Shown here: positions 27,525-41,337 of the stretch, piece by piece | Layout: each line of letters begins with the position of its first letter | Numbering within the stretch: the stretch's first letter is position 1 | Assembly (NCBI RefSeq): GCF_006345805.1 | Contig: NC_042999.1 | Location: 103,230,001-103,294,000, forward strand | DNA: 64,000 nt | DNA from: Octopus sinensis | Lineage: Eukaryota | Direction of reading: 5' to 3' | The notes under the pieces: generated by a model | What the model saw: the letters and a program-made list of their open reading frames with translations, nothing else | The model's database searches: none | Told to the model about the DNA's origin: nothing | Made by a program: the position numbers and the translations under genes

Positions 27525-27912
27525 AGGCGGCGAGCTGGCAGAAACGTTAGCACGCCGGGCGAAATGCCGCTACGTTCTGAGTTCAAATTCCGCCGAGGTC
27601 GACTTTGCCTTTCACCCTTCCGGGGTCGATTAAATAAGTACCAGTTACGAACTGGGGTCGATATAATCGACTTAATCAGTTTGTCTGTCCCTTCTGTGTT
27701 TAGCCCCACGTGGGTAGTAAAGAAATAGGTATTTCGTCTGTCTTTACGTTCTGAACTCAAATTCCGCCGAGGTCGACTTTGCCTTTTATCCTATCGGGGT
27801 TAATAAATTAAATACCAGTTGCGCACTGGGGTCGATGTAATCGACTTAATCCCTTTGTCTGTCCTCGTTTGTCCCCTCTATGTTTGGCCCTTGTGGGCAA
27901 TAAAGAAATAAG
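27525..27912 (+). mobile_element. Young dimeric SINE (family B)
   Basis: AGGCGGCGAGCTGGCAGAAACGTTAGC head; the body TTCTGAGTTCAAATTCCGCCGAGGTCGAC...TAAAGAAATA occurs twice in tandem. Confidence 0.9.
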
Positions 27913-28453
27913 AGTATGAATACTGGTAGAAATATATATGTATATATATAGACAGATAGAAAAATGCATGTATATATCTGTCTATCTATCTATAAAATAT
28001 GTATGTATACACGCCTATGTTGGAACGAATGTATGCATGCATTTACTTGCTTACTCGCATCTGTATGCTTTAACTTATGTATGTGCGCATATATAACTGT
28101 TTGTGTGTGAATACGTGTGTTTATGTACCCTTTACAGGTGATTAACCGGGTATGTTTTATATATTCTCACTACTCCTTTAATGGCTTCTAATCATAATTT
28201 ATTAATTAGATTTGTCCTTTCTGATTTTGTGAAGCCCAGCTTCTCAAGATTGCCGATGATGTAGTCAGTTACACAACACACAAACTTCCAATAATTACAA
28301 ATAATTTCAGGAATGGCTCTAAAATTACAGTATATAACGATTCATAATTACTTATGCGTAGATATTTATTTCTTTATATCTTTCATATGATTATGTTAAC
28401 ATCTGTTCAATAGCAAAATTCCTGCAATGGGTATACTTTCTTTTCTTCTGTAG

Positions 28454-28534
28454 ATCATTATGTCTGTTCTGCCGCACCAACATTTTTCAGTGGTTATGAC
28501 AGGAACTATGCATCAGTACTGTTTCCTATTATGG
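28454..28534 (+). CDS. Candidate internal exon (81 nt) of an unidentified gene
   Basis: Acceptor TACTTTCTTTTCTTCTGTAG, perfect donor G|GTAAGT, length a multiple of 3; open in phase 1 (xHYVCSAAPTFFSGYDRNYASVLFPIM) and phase 0 (IIMSVLPHQHFSVVMTGTMHQYCFLLW). Confidence 0.5.
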
Positions 28535-31519
28535 GTAAGTATGTCTTGTATATTACTATAACCTATATTGTTATCTTCGGGTGATCCTTTGTACAGATTG
28601 CAAATGCATCGTTTTTGCCATTGCATCATGTTTTATAGAAAGAAAATATCACGGTGACATTTTTTGTACTGCTGATTATGATATGGTCACTACTCCTGTA
28701 TTCATTATACACTATCTACATCGTTTGTCACATTTAGATAATGTACTTGCATTCTAATTGTTATACTATAACAAATATTCTGAATTTAATTTCCTGCGTG
28801 GGATGGCAAAAGCTTACTTTTGAGTGTGAGTACAAATATAAAGGTTCTCGGTTACGATAGACTACATAGTAATATAGATGTACTGATGTTCATTCTGAAG
28901 AATTTTTCTGACAATAAATATGAATAGCCTTCATTTGATAAATAGGCAGTATGATGCTCTCTTCTTGTAGAATTATGCAACATTCATTGATATGCATCCT
29001 TGTTCATCGGTTAGAGAATACTTTGAAGAGTGTTTTTAGAACTCGAAGGATGCTATTCAATTCATGTATATAGACTATATTCAACAATTGAATTCTATGC
29101 ATAGTGGTCTTTAGATGTTCTTTCAGAAATATGATTATACAAATTCTTTTTAAATCGGTATTAAAACGCGGCTTCATTGCTTTCGTTTGGGTAGGGGTGG
29201 CCAATATTACGAGTGATATTGGCATTTCTGGTAGGAGTTAATATTTTGAGGGGTTTTGACATCATAACCCAGATCTCATACAGCATATAATGAAGTTGCC
29301 CAAATGTTGATGTGACTGCAGTAAACATTTGATAAGCTACTGTTCTACTGATTGTAGGAAACTCTAAGGTTCTCTCATTATACCTTCCCTATTAGGGTGC
29401 AATCCTATGATATATTTTCATTCATATATATATATATACTCGCAGCCTTCATCGCCCGATACATTTGAAAAAAATGTTGATTGTCTGACTCGTTTTGCAA
29501 CGAGAAGCATTTATCTGAATCAAGTTCCAGCCTGGTATCCTTCGAGATTGTCGTTACCAGGTCAAAGGTGTTCTTGGTATCATTTATGTTTTAGTATCTA
29601 CTTTCAGGTCGTCTAAAATGAAGCTAAATTTCAAGCTGGTGTGTCTGTCCTCCCCTGATCCAATCGTGTATTTTTCAAGTTCCCTCACCAAATGGATACA
29701 AGTGAGACAGTAGGAACAATAAATATGAATTCATTTTGTAAAAATGTTTAGTTGAGTATATTATATGCTATACATTTGTCTAAAACTTTAGGGAATGATC
29801 TATAAATCATAGATGCTAAGATGAAACACGTGAGGTTTCTTGGCTGAGCATCGCAACTGTTTCTTTCTAAGAGAATTTTTATTTATTTTCATTTCGAAAA
29901 CTTTTCACAAAGTGATTCTATAAATATTTTGGGATCGTCTAATAATATTTTCTCACTCAGGCAAAGAATTAAGTAAACAATAAAATATTGTCAGAGGAAG
30001 ATATATACTCGTGACCGTACAAATTCTTTCAACAAATATATATAATTTCTTTTGATTTTTTTTCCTTTTATGTAATATTATAATATTCTCTTAACGCAGT
30101 GCCAATCATTAGCTTCAGTTTTTCACCCGGTATTATGCGTTTTAAAGTATGTATAAAAACGGGGCTTTATTACGAAAGAAACGATTTTCAGAAACGATTG
30201 ACAATGATTTTCTTGAAGCATTCGTTACAAAAAAAAATTAATTTTCTACTGTTCACTGAATTCATAGTTATTTTGCTTACTTTTTACCCATTTTCTTTTG
30301 CACTGCGACTAGTTAAGTAACACCAATGCTTAATTTCCGAGATAAAAGTACAAGTACGCAATTCTTTTTGTTAAAAAACGTAAAAACAAAGTTCAAGACA
30401 GTAGAATACGAGTGTCAAATACAATTAAGGTATATTGAACAATAGTGTAATAGTGTTGCAGATAGCTGTTTAATATGAAGTTTGTTATTTGCTTATTGCT
30501 GCAAAGAGTATGGTATAGCAGTAAGTACGTATGTGTAGTCGATGAGGATGGAATGCAGAAGCTTGTGGTTGTGCGTATGGGTGTGCAATGCGCCATTTCT
30601 AATCAAACGCCTGTTCGTCTTCTAACTTTTAACCGTAGGGCAATTTTTTAAAAGGAGTGATCGTGGATTCAGTGCCAAAATAAACAGAAGAGCAGACACA
30701 CTGTCTTTTGGAATATTCATTTTGAAAGATTTATAACATCAGAAAAACTACTTACAAACAATGATTTAAAATTGATTTATAAATTAGAAAAAAATATTTT
30801 CAAACAATATTTTTTAATTGATTTTAAGTTGTAATATATTCTGTAGTCATCATTGTCAGGGTAGTTTTCTGTAGAGATAAATTAGCGTTGAAATATTGTG
30901 TTGTGGCGGCAGTTTGCTTACATTTTTATCTGTTTCATCTGTAGTAGGTTTTGGTCGGTTTCGGATGCTTTCAGAAAATCGACCAACATTATAGGTTTTG
31001 AATAATTGCTTTCTGTGTCAGTAATTTTAGGATAATGAAAGATGAATATTGTCAAGGCTGCTTATTCGTCAAACTTCGTCCCAGTTATATATTACACGCT
31101 ACATATTGGCAACAGATTGCTACCTCACGGTTAGATCTGGATTTAAATACTAGTTTGTTTAATACACCATCTTAGAGAGCTTACACATTTCGTATTAATT
31201 TTGTTTTTGGCATTACTGTTATTCTTATCTATTTCAGTCTTGTTCTTACAAGCAAATCACTGTCCACGTGGTGGAAATTGTCATTTGCAATCCGGTCTGA
31301 ATTACTTTAATTCGTTGAGTAAAGGGTGTTTCTTTTATTCATCTGGGCTGAATTGGTTCCGTATAATTGTAGTAGTAAAAGTCCAAACAGATTTTAAATG
31401 GTCCTGTACGCCTGCACTTTTGTTGTTGATGGCACAGTGAGCATACGTGTATGTGTATGTAAATATATATGTTTATGTGTAAGTATGTATGTATGAGTAT
31501 GAATATGCTTCTTTTTTAA

Positions 31520-32065
31520 AGTCATTCAATTGAGTATCTAGAAACAATAAGTCATTCTGACTGGTTTATGTCGTGCATTTGATAGATGGGTGAAAGGTGT
31601 TCAGAATTTTCTTAAATATTTGTAGATTATCATTTGATTTTTTCCAGAGAAAGCGTTTCCATTTTGCAATGACATATTTCTTGAAATTTTGGTCAATCTT
31701 TTGCTTCCTCGTTAAAAATCCAAAATAAGGTTAGTATATGCAGTTACTAATTTCGTCCCCATAGCTGCGCCATATATATGCCGATGTTTTACCACGAAAT
31801 TAAAAGGTTTTCTCCTCTTATCTTCTGTCTATGATTTTTCTACTTCTTCTTTGATTGCTTCAGGTCCCAAAGTGTAAGGGATATCGGTATACAGGTTACT
31901 AACATCATCCCTTTAAGAATAGTCCTTTATGGGATAGTGAGTGGGATGTATTTGCGAAAATCCATGTAGTCTCGTATATAGCTAGGTATTAATGGGCATA
32001 AGGGTTCAAAGAGCATATCTACAAGGTAACTTTAATCGCTGTGTCTGGGATTGTGGCCAACACTG
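31520..32065 (-). mobile_element. Penelope-like RT remnant
   Basis: Minus strand reads GPQSQTQRL..VDMLFEPLCPLIPSYIRDYMDF..DVSNLYTDIP..LG.EAI, GAAMGTKL..AYTNL and LNTFHPSIK..FLD, with stops and frameshifts. Confidence 0.85.
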
Positions 32066-32215
32066 TATGTATATATATATATCTTGGTAAAATAGAATGA
32101 ATAGGAATCTTACATAAAGTATAAGTTAGTCATGTAACTTAACAGCTTGAGTGTGTACAATATTATTAGACTACCTTCTTTTCTCACAGACAACAAATCT
32201 ATCTATCTATCTATC

Positions 32216-32247
<32 letters not shown>

Positions 32248-33016
32248 CCTACCTATTAATTTAACTAAGTTTAGTTGCCTATCTATTTACTTGTCCGTTC
32301 CCATCGATTGATGAGTTTTTGCAATACTAATCATATCTGTATCTATCCTTCAATTAACCAATCAGAGAAACTTAGCATAATTCTTTGAAGACGTCTGTCT
32401 CACATACACTCACCTTATTTTTCTCTGTCCGACTATCTAATAAATATGAAACATATATTATGTGGGTCAACCTTTGCCGTGTATGTGTGTGTATATACAT
32501 ACATACATACATACATATATATATGCGTGCATGTATATTTTTGTCCAACTGTCAGCGTGTCAGTGTGTGTGAATATAAGTGTACGTATTTGTACATAAGT
32601 GTGGTGGAATTGTTACTGCTTCTTTCGGGTGAAGATAGTATAGTGAAGGAGGAGGTATAACTTACGACAGTGATATGACAATAATTTTAAAATCTATATC
32701 TGTCATCGGCTTACTTTTTTCAAGAAGATTACAAAAATCGCCGCACTATATTTGAGAACTTCTAAGTAAGAGAAAGGAATTAAAATATATTATGTCTAGT
32801 GTATCTTTAAATAACTCAATATGTGAATTAAGAATGTGAAGACTACATTTATATGCTCATATTTAGACGTTTAAAAGAATCTCCTGGCGCTGAGTTATAA
32901 TGCGATTCAAATATTTCATCTAGTAGACTTACATCTTTCTTCATATATATATATATTATATATATATATATATATTATATATATATATATATATATATCT
33001 GTATCTATATATGAGG

Positions 33017-33059
<43 letters not shown>

Positions 33060-33257
33060 TACATACATACATTACATACATACATACATACATATACATA
33101 CATACATACATGCATGCATGCATACATACATACATACATACATACATACTACATACATACATACATACATACATACATACATAATACATACATACATACA
33201 TACATACATACATACATGTATGTATGTGCGTGCGTATAGGTATGTATGTATCACTGA

Positions 33258-33579
33258 CAACTGGCACTCCGTCTGTTTCGACGACGAGGGTTCTATTTGA
33301 TCCGACAAATGGAACAGCTTGCTCTTGAGATTAACATGTATGTTGCTGAGCGCTCCACATATACGCGCATACTTAATGTAATTCTCAGGAAGATTCATGG
33401 CACAGAGTGGGACAAGGCTGGCTCTTTGAAACACAGGTACTACTCATTTTTGCCAGTTGAGTGAACTGCAGCAACGTGAAATGATGTATCTTGCTCAAAG
33501 ACACAATGTGCCGCCCGGCATCGATCTCACGACCTTACGATCGTGAGCCGAATACCCTACCACTAAACCACGTGCCTTC
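33258..33579 (-). mobile_element. tRNA-derived SINE
   Basis: Reverse complement has a GAAGGCACGTGGTTTAGTGG head and the same 3' end as 20412-20790. Confidence 0.85.
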
Positions 33580-33793
33580 ACACACATATATGTAGATGCG
33601 GTGACATATTTCTGTCTGAAATCCCAGACGAACCCACATCACGGTAGGAGACTTGAAGAAGAGTATGTATGTATGTATGTAGGTGTGTGTATGTGAGTCT
33701 TTGTGACCGTGAGCCAAACACCCTAACCACTCAGCCATGCGCCTATACACATATCTACATTACATATATATACACGCGCACGCACGCACGCAC

Positions 33794-33842
<49 letters not shown>

Positions 33843-35344
33843 ACACACACACACACACACACAGTAATGTATAAAGGTAAGTCTAAGGATCAAGGTGTAG
33901 GAGGTTAGTAAGCTTCGAACAGTCCGTTGAAGGTTATAAATCTTTCCCATATCGAATTTCGATAAGTTGAAAAAGTTATTTTATAGTTTACGATAAGCAA
34001 CTGGGGTTGCTGTGTATACGCATAAAATCCAAATTCTGGAATGGAGCAGATAAAATCTAGGCTATATATATTTCTTATCTAGCAGAACCTACCTCGGAAA
34101 TAGTAAGTACCTAATTCTTGTAGGACAAAGTACAATGTAAAGGTTTCGTTATTTGCTCCGCTAGACAATAGCCGTCAGTACAGAATATTCATTTATCGAT
34201 TCTCATGTTTAAGAACATCAAGCAACTAAAGTATCATGTGTCATCGTAGGCTAATTAAGTATTCATTTCTTACATTGTCATGTTATAGTTTGACGAGGAA
34301 AGGCTGCGCTCACACCTTTTGCAGGGCTATCGAGAAACGAGCAAGAAGGAACAACAATAAAAAACAAGAAACTCGTGTGTTACTTTTAGACCAGACACAT
34401 ACAAACATATATGTATACACAACACACAGCAGAGGTTACTGAACTGTTTCCATCTACCAAATTTAGAATTAGAAACACGTAGTTAACCGAGAATTTTTTT
34501 TCTATTATCTGTTTCAACCGGAGACTGTGCCACCACTATTAGCGTTAATGCTTGTTTATTTTAGTCTCACTTCTCTTTCCGGTTTTCGTAATCGGTCCTA
34601 GTGTAGCAGAAAGCTGTGGAGAGCTACCTTTTTTTTTTCGCGTTTCTTTCCGTGATGTGGGCTAATTTGATTCGATAAATTGTTGTTTGAACACATCTAC
34701 ATTTACACCTCTTATAATTCTAAAATATATATATACATACACATATATACATGTTTAAGAATAATCGTCTTTCACGGCAGGTTTGTCATTGTTAAGAAAA
34801 TAATTATTGAACACATATCTTTAAAATCCGTGCTACTAGCCAGCTTCAGGTATTTTATTTCATTATTTCAAATATATTTAACGATAGTTGAAGAGGTAGA
34901 AGGCGTTTTCACATAGCGAGATTTCATATCGGCAAATCTCGGGTTTGCTTTGTAACACTTAAGTTTGATTCAGCCAATTGGCGTATGGAACATTATGAGT
35001 TAGCAAATGATCGATATGTACGTATAGTATGAATACATACGTTCATACACAAACACACACACACACACATACACACACACACATGCACACACATACATAC
35101 ATATTTTAGTTATTTTAATTCGCCCGATAACTTTGTGTAAATTTCATCCGATAAAAATAAAGTACAAGAAAAGAATGTATAAATATTCATCAACTGAATT
35201 CTATTTTCTGTTTGTTTATATATGCTATTGCATATATATAGTATAATATATATATACTATATATATATATATATTATATATATGGTATATGTGCATATAT
35301 ATCTATATATGCATACCTGTATATATATATATTAAATATATATA

Positions 35345-35586
35345 TAGACGCCATGTAGATCGTTAGCCACTCTGCACACATTTTTTCTCTCCTTTTTGTC
35401 TATCCTTTTTTCTCCTCCTTTTTCTCTCCTTATTTTTTCTCTCAACTTGTTTTTTCGTGTACCTTTCTGTAGAGAGCGTAAGCTCGAACTTAAAAGACTT
35501 TTTCTATTCCTGAGCGTTATACTAATACATCGTTTTGTTTTGTACACCACCTGTCTTCGTCTTTTGATTTTTTCGTAAACTTTCCT
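35345..35586 (+). mobile_element. Short repeat unit in (TA)n with a decayed hammerhead-like motif (Penelope pLTR/retrozyme-like)
   Basis: Collinear with 58807-59013; CTTTCTGTAGAGAGCGTAAGCTCGAACTTAAAAG is a degenerate version of the motif at 58883. Confidence 0.6.
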
Positions 35587-35632
35587 ATATAATAATATTA
35601 TATATATATATATATTAATATATATATAATAT

Positions 35633-35671
<39 letters not shown>

Positions 35672-35702
35672 TATTATATATATCTAACTATATATATATA
35701 TA

Positions 35703-35741
<39 letters not shown>

Positions 35742-35755
35742 TATATATACATATA

Positions 35756-35794
<39 letters not shown>

Positions 35795-35927
35795 TATATA
35801 TATATATATATACAGATATATATATATATATATATATATTATACATATATATATATATATATTATATATATACTATATATATATATATAGATAATTATAT
35901 ATACATATATTAGAGATATAAAATAAA

Positions 35928-36021
<94 letters not shown>

Positions 36022-36041
36022 CATATATATTATATATATAC

Positions 36042-36106
<65 letters not shown>

Positions 36107-36170
36107 ATATATATATATTAATATATATATATATATACATATAGCTACATATAGATATGCATACATACAT
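35586..36170. repeat. (TA)n microsatellite
   Basis: Direct observation. Confidence 0.97.
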
Positions 36171-36174
36171 ATCA

Positions 36175-39147
36175 ATCCTTGATCAACAAGGGAGTTCGAT
36201 GCTGCTGCCCGCATCCGTGTCTCCTGTCGTGAGGTAGGTTCATCTGGGACTCCACAAGAAGAGATCCAGTTTAGTTTTAAGAAACCCACATCCACACCAT
36301 GTAAGTCTCTCAGGCATTTAGGGAGGATGTTAAAGAGCTGTGGTCCTCTGAACCCAAGCTGTTGCAGTATCTGGACCTGTATTTTGATGGTGATGTTGGA
36401 ATCCTTGGCACCACGCAGCGGCGCCCCGTTCTGCGGTTGGAGTAACTTTGAATGCCAAAGTTTGGGACAAGACCCTCCAGGATTTTCCAGATGTATATCA
36501 CTGCATATCTCTCCCGCCTCCGCTCCAGGGAGAAGAGGTTTAATACCTTCAGTCTTTCCCAGTAGCTGACATTTTGCATTGAGACGATTTTCTTTGTGTA
36601 GCTTCTCTGAGTTGCTTCGAGTTCTGCTGTTTGTTTTATATTGTGTGGTGACCAAAGTTGGGAGCAGTAGTCCAAGCGGCTGAGGACAATGTTTTCCATA
36701 GGACCATCAGTGTCTCCTTCTCTCTTGTTCTGAAAGTTCGGAGAATCCATCCAGCTAGCCGTCTGCATTTTATCACCAGATTAGCATATGCATTTGGAAA
36801 GATGCATCATTGCTCATGTCAATGCCCAGGTCACGCACTGATTTTGACTCAGGGATTGCAATTCTTCCTGGGCCAGTGTATCCAGTCTTCACGTCATTTA
36901 CCTTTGTGTGCCAGTAGCGCAGGGCCTGGAACTTACCTGCATTAAACTGCATGTTGTTGTCCTCAGCCCACCTGTATATTGTGTCCAGCTCATGTTGCAG
37001 ATGCGCAATATTTTCAGGGTTTTGTATTGCGTGGGAGACTTTTGTGTCATCTGCATAGCTAGCAAGGGTGGTCATCGTAGCAACTGAAGGCATGTCTGAA
37101 AGGGCCACTATGAACATCAGTGGCCCCAAGACAGTGCCCTGTGGGACACCGCTTGTTATTTGCGTTTCCCTGGAGGTGGCTCCATTGCTCACAACTGCCT
37201 GTTTTCTGTCTTTTAGGAAGTTGTGCAGCCACTCTCCAAGTTTCCCGCCTATGCCGAGACCACGCAGTTTGTGACAGATCATACCATGGTCGACTTTATC
37301 AAAGGCTTTTGCAAAGTCAAGATATATTACATCCACATTTGAGCCATTTAGTAGCTGTTTCAACACCCAGTCATAGTGTTGCAGGAGCTGTGTTAGGCAG
37401 CCTCTACCTGGTCGAAATCCATGCTGGGTGTCAGACAGTAAGTCATTTTCTTCAAGGAACATGATTAGTTTCTTACGGACTATTCGTTCCATGACTTTGC
37501 TGATGTGTGAGGTCAGAGAGATAGGCCTATAATTTTTAGCATCTGCTCTGCTACCTCCCTTATGGATAGGGCATATTACCCCCTCTTTCAGTTTGACTGG
37601 GAGCTTACCACTTGCAAGAAAGCTCTGAAAAAGAAGCTGTAGCGGTTTTGCAAGGGCTCGTTTGCACGATTTGAGAAGGATCGCTGGGAATCCATCAGGT
37701 CCAGCAGCTGAGTTTGTGTCAATCTCATCAATGGCTAGTGTGATATCATCTTCTTCGATGTTGATGTACTCATTTTTGTCTCTTTGGCCGCTGGTAAAGT
37801 GGCAAAGAATTCTTCTGGGTTGTTTACTTGCCTGTGTCCTAGAGGTGTAGTGAACACACTTTGGAACTGTTCGTTCAGTATTTCACTTATCCTCGTGGGA
37901 TTTCCTGTGAGAGAGCCATCTTTTTGGAAGAGAGGTCCTATTCTCTGGTGCACTGTGGCTGTCTCTTTGGCAAACTTAAAGAAAGCTTTAGGGTTTGATT
38001 TTATATTTTCTATTACCCAAGCTCTTTATCTGCTCTCTCTCTTTTCATGGGACTGATGTAGACTTTTCTCAGTTTCCATTAGCATTCTTTCGAGCCGAGA
38101 CTTCTCACCACTTTTGGTGTGCTTGCTCAGGCGGTTTGCAATCCTTGTCCGTCGTCTCATAAGAATCCTCCTTTCTCTAGGGATCCTGTTTTTGTTCTTG
38201 TGTGTGCTGGCCCTGCACATTGGGACATATTTGTCACATATGGCTTGTATTATGGACATGAAGTGTTTGTTTTTCATGTTTATGTCCGGTGTGGAGAGAC
38301 ATTCAGGCCAATCCTGTTTGAGGATCTCTTTCTCAATCGACTTCCAGTTGGCTTTATGAAAGTTTAAGTTGGAGAGATGGTGGGTGCTTCGTATAGGCTG
38401 TGTGTCTGCGGGGGCTTTTGTTCCATACATAGACAGCTCTATTATGTTGTGATCCGAGATCATTGTCGGCATCACATTAACATTATGGATAATATCCATA
38501 TTGTTTGTGAAGCAGAGATCCAGTATATTATCTGCCCTTGTTGGTTGCAGAACTATTTGCTCCATGAAAGAGGTATTTGTGAGATGGAGCAGGGACTCCA
38601 CCTGTGCCTGCTGATGGTGTGTCATCCCTGGGAGCATCTGCCCCCAGGCCATTCCACATTGGGGAGGTTAAAGTCACCCATGAAGAATACACTGTTGTGC
38701 TGTTCAAGGTTGGTGAGGACTTCTCCTATTTTTGTTAGGCAGTCTTCAAACATGCCTGAGTGTTTTGGGGCGTCTGGTGGGCGATATGTAGTGCATATGA
38801 CGATATTCAGTTGTCTTATGTGTACAATTTGAGTTTCACATACTGAGTTTGAATATGACAGCAGCCTGGGGCGTGAGGTCATCTCGGATGTACATTGCAA
38901 CTCCACCATGGCTCCTCCCTTTTCTATCTGTGCGTATGACTGCATATTGCGGCATGTGTATTTCTGCATCACCTATATCGGGTTCAAGATGCGTTTCTGT
39001 GAGTGCCATGCATATAGCTTGATTGCATGTCACAAGGTCTCTCAGGAATGAAATTTTCTTTTTACAGTTTCCGCGCAGCAGCCCTCCTACATTCAGTAGA
39101 AATATTTTTGTGGTGTGTGTGTTGGTGTTGGTGTCTGTGGTGGCCAT
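36175..39147 (-). pseudogene. LINE ORF2: apurinic endonuclease plus reverse transcriptase, broken into several frames
   Basis: APE motifs LNVGGL, ALTETHL, RTDR..GGVAMY, YRPP, MGDFN, PTR..NILDL and SDH; RT motifs QHGFR, YLDFAKAFDKVDH, GVPQGTVLGP, YADD and RDLG; C-terminal SLERRR and GPQLFN. Confidence 0.95.
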
Positions 39148-39994
39148 CCTGCATCTGTTGGAGGTGGCCTTATGTGGTGGTAGTTCCAGCTTTGTGCTTG
39201 TAGCCAGGTCAGCTGCTGAACAATTTTTTGTGCCATGCACAAAAAAGACTGCTGTTCAGCTGCCGCCCTTCTCACATCTGGGTGAAGCTGGCCACCTGTT
39301 GGGTTTCCGCGCACCACATCTGCATACCGTCTTTCAGTAGTGGTCAGTGCGCTTTTTTCCCTTCTTTTAACTTTTTGTTTTTGTTTTTGTTCTCCCTGAG
39401 GGAGGGACCTCTGTCTCGCGTCCGTGCGGTTTTGGTAGGGCCTCCGATGTGCAAAGCGACAGTTTGCACCTTCAACGCCGTACCAGCAGTCCCCCCTCAG
39501 GTAGAATTTGCAGGTGTTTCTTTCCCTGCCCTTACAGTTTTTGCTGGGGTCCCTCTGCTTTCTCTGGACAGGGCTTCCTTTAGCCTTGATTCTGTCACCC
39601 TTTACCTCCTGCTTCCCATCAATTCCAGGGTGCCTTTCCTTTCTTGCGGCCATCGCACCTCTTTGGTCTTCAGTTGTGGTGTTGGAAGCTGGACATGTGT
39701 CATCGTTTCCCTTGTTCCAGGCTTCTCCATTTGGCTCTGGATGCTTTCCTCATCCTTTTGGCCCTCCCTGCTGCCGTCACCTCCCAGGATGATGTCCAGG
39801 GTGTCCACATGTTGCCTGATTAGAGCGTACGAACGGATAACTTCTCTCTTCTTTCGCTCTATCTGGGCGGTGGTTCTCGAAAAATTGTTGCTTTTCAGCG
39901 CCGCAGCAATAATGTCGTTCGGCGAGTCGTCCTCAGCGATCTTCCAAGCGCGGACGAACAATTGCACCTCTCTCGCAGACCAGTTTCTTGCCAT
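39093..39994 (-). pseudogene. LINE ORF1 with N-terminal Myb/SANT-like domain and CCCH zinc finger (one frameshift near 39602-39653)
   Basis: MARNWSAREVQLFVRAW..IAAAL..FSRTTAQIERK..Y..LDIILG and CKFYLRGDCWYGVEGANCRFAH; lies directly upstream of and overlaps ORF2. Confidence 0.75.
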
Positions 39995-41123
39995 TTTCTT
40001 CTAGTGAAATATAGGAACAGAGAGAGAGATAGAGAAGGAGAGATATGGAGAGGGAGAAGAGAAAGGAGAAAAGCCAGGGGGGGATAGAGAGAGAGACGAG
40101 GGGATTGTCCTGAGAGAAGAGAGAAAATAAGAGGGAAAAAAGAGAAAGGTGAAAGAATGGCAGGTCAGCAGGGGGAAAGTGAGCGGGATAGAGGTGTAGT
40201 AGAAAGGGACAGGGTGGAAAAGTGAGACAAGAGGGTGGACCCTAGGGGGAGCAGGGAGAAGAAAGGCGGAGAGATAAAATGGAGAGGAAGAGAGAGATGA
40301 AATGGAGAGGGAGAGAGAGAGAGAGCAGGATAGAGGTACCAGGGAGTGAAGTAAAGGGACAGAGAGGGTGGTGGGAGGAAGGAGACAGAGAGAGGAAAAA
40401 AGAGACAGGGGTGGTGAGCCTTAGAGGGAACAGGGAGAGGAAAGGTAGGAAGAAAAAGGGGGAAGAGGAAGAGAGGGGCGCAACAGAGTGTAGTAAAGGG
40501 ACAGGGAGGGTGGTGTAGAGAAAGAAAAGGGGACAGAAGGGGAAGAGGAAAAGGGTTTTGACCTGTGAAGGAGCGGAGAGGAAAGAGGCAGAGAGAGGGA
40601 GGGGAGTACAACAGAGAGAGAGAGAAAGAGGGCGATATAGATACAAGAGAGAATGAGTGAAGTTGAGGAACTGAGAGAGGGGGTGAGGTGAGAGAAAGTT
40701 GATCTGAGAGAGATGCAGAAAGAGAAACGATTGCAGAGGGAGAGAGAGGGAGGAGGGGGAGAGTGAGAGCGGAAATAGAGGGTCTGGTGGATGGGGAGAC
40801 AGATAAGGTATAAACTGTATGAGAGAGATAGAAATAGAATGTAAGAAAGAGAGGGAGAGATTATAAAGATAGAATAGCGCGTATTTTTATATCTTTTAAT
40901 TATTATTTTCTTTTGAAAGAACACTAATGATAACAAATAATAAAAATGTATGAGAGAGATAGAAATAGAAATGTAAGAAAGAGAGAGTGCGTGGCAGGCA
41001 CGGAGGACGAAATTATAAAGATTATAAAGATAGAATACCGCGTATTTTTATATCTTTATATCTTTTTTTTTTTTATTATTTTCTGTTTGAAAGAACATTA
41101 TATATACACATATATATACATAC

Positions 41124-41167
<44 letters not shown>

Positions 41168-41243
41168 CATATATATATACATGTATATTACATACATATA
41201 TATACCATACATATATATATATATATATACACCTATATATATA

Positions 41244-41274
<31 letters not shown>

Positions 41275-41337
41275 GGGATGAAGAAAGAAATAGGCAATCT
41301 AACATAATACCGGGATTGAAGAATGCAGCAGATCCAC

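Larger units (their letters stand above)
36172..41098 (-). mobile_element. Near full-length CR1-group (APE-RT) LINE, frameshifted
   Basis: Pyrimidine-rich 5' UTR, ORF1 and ORF2 with APE and RT domains; both ends abut (TA)n. Confidence 0.95.

Noticed and set aside
39228-40004. 258-aa + strand ORF
   Set aside because: Antisense shadow of the LINE ORF1; no independent motifs.
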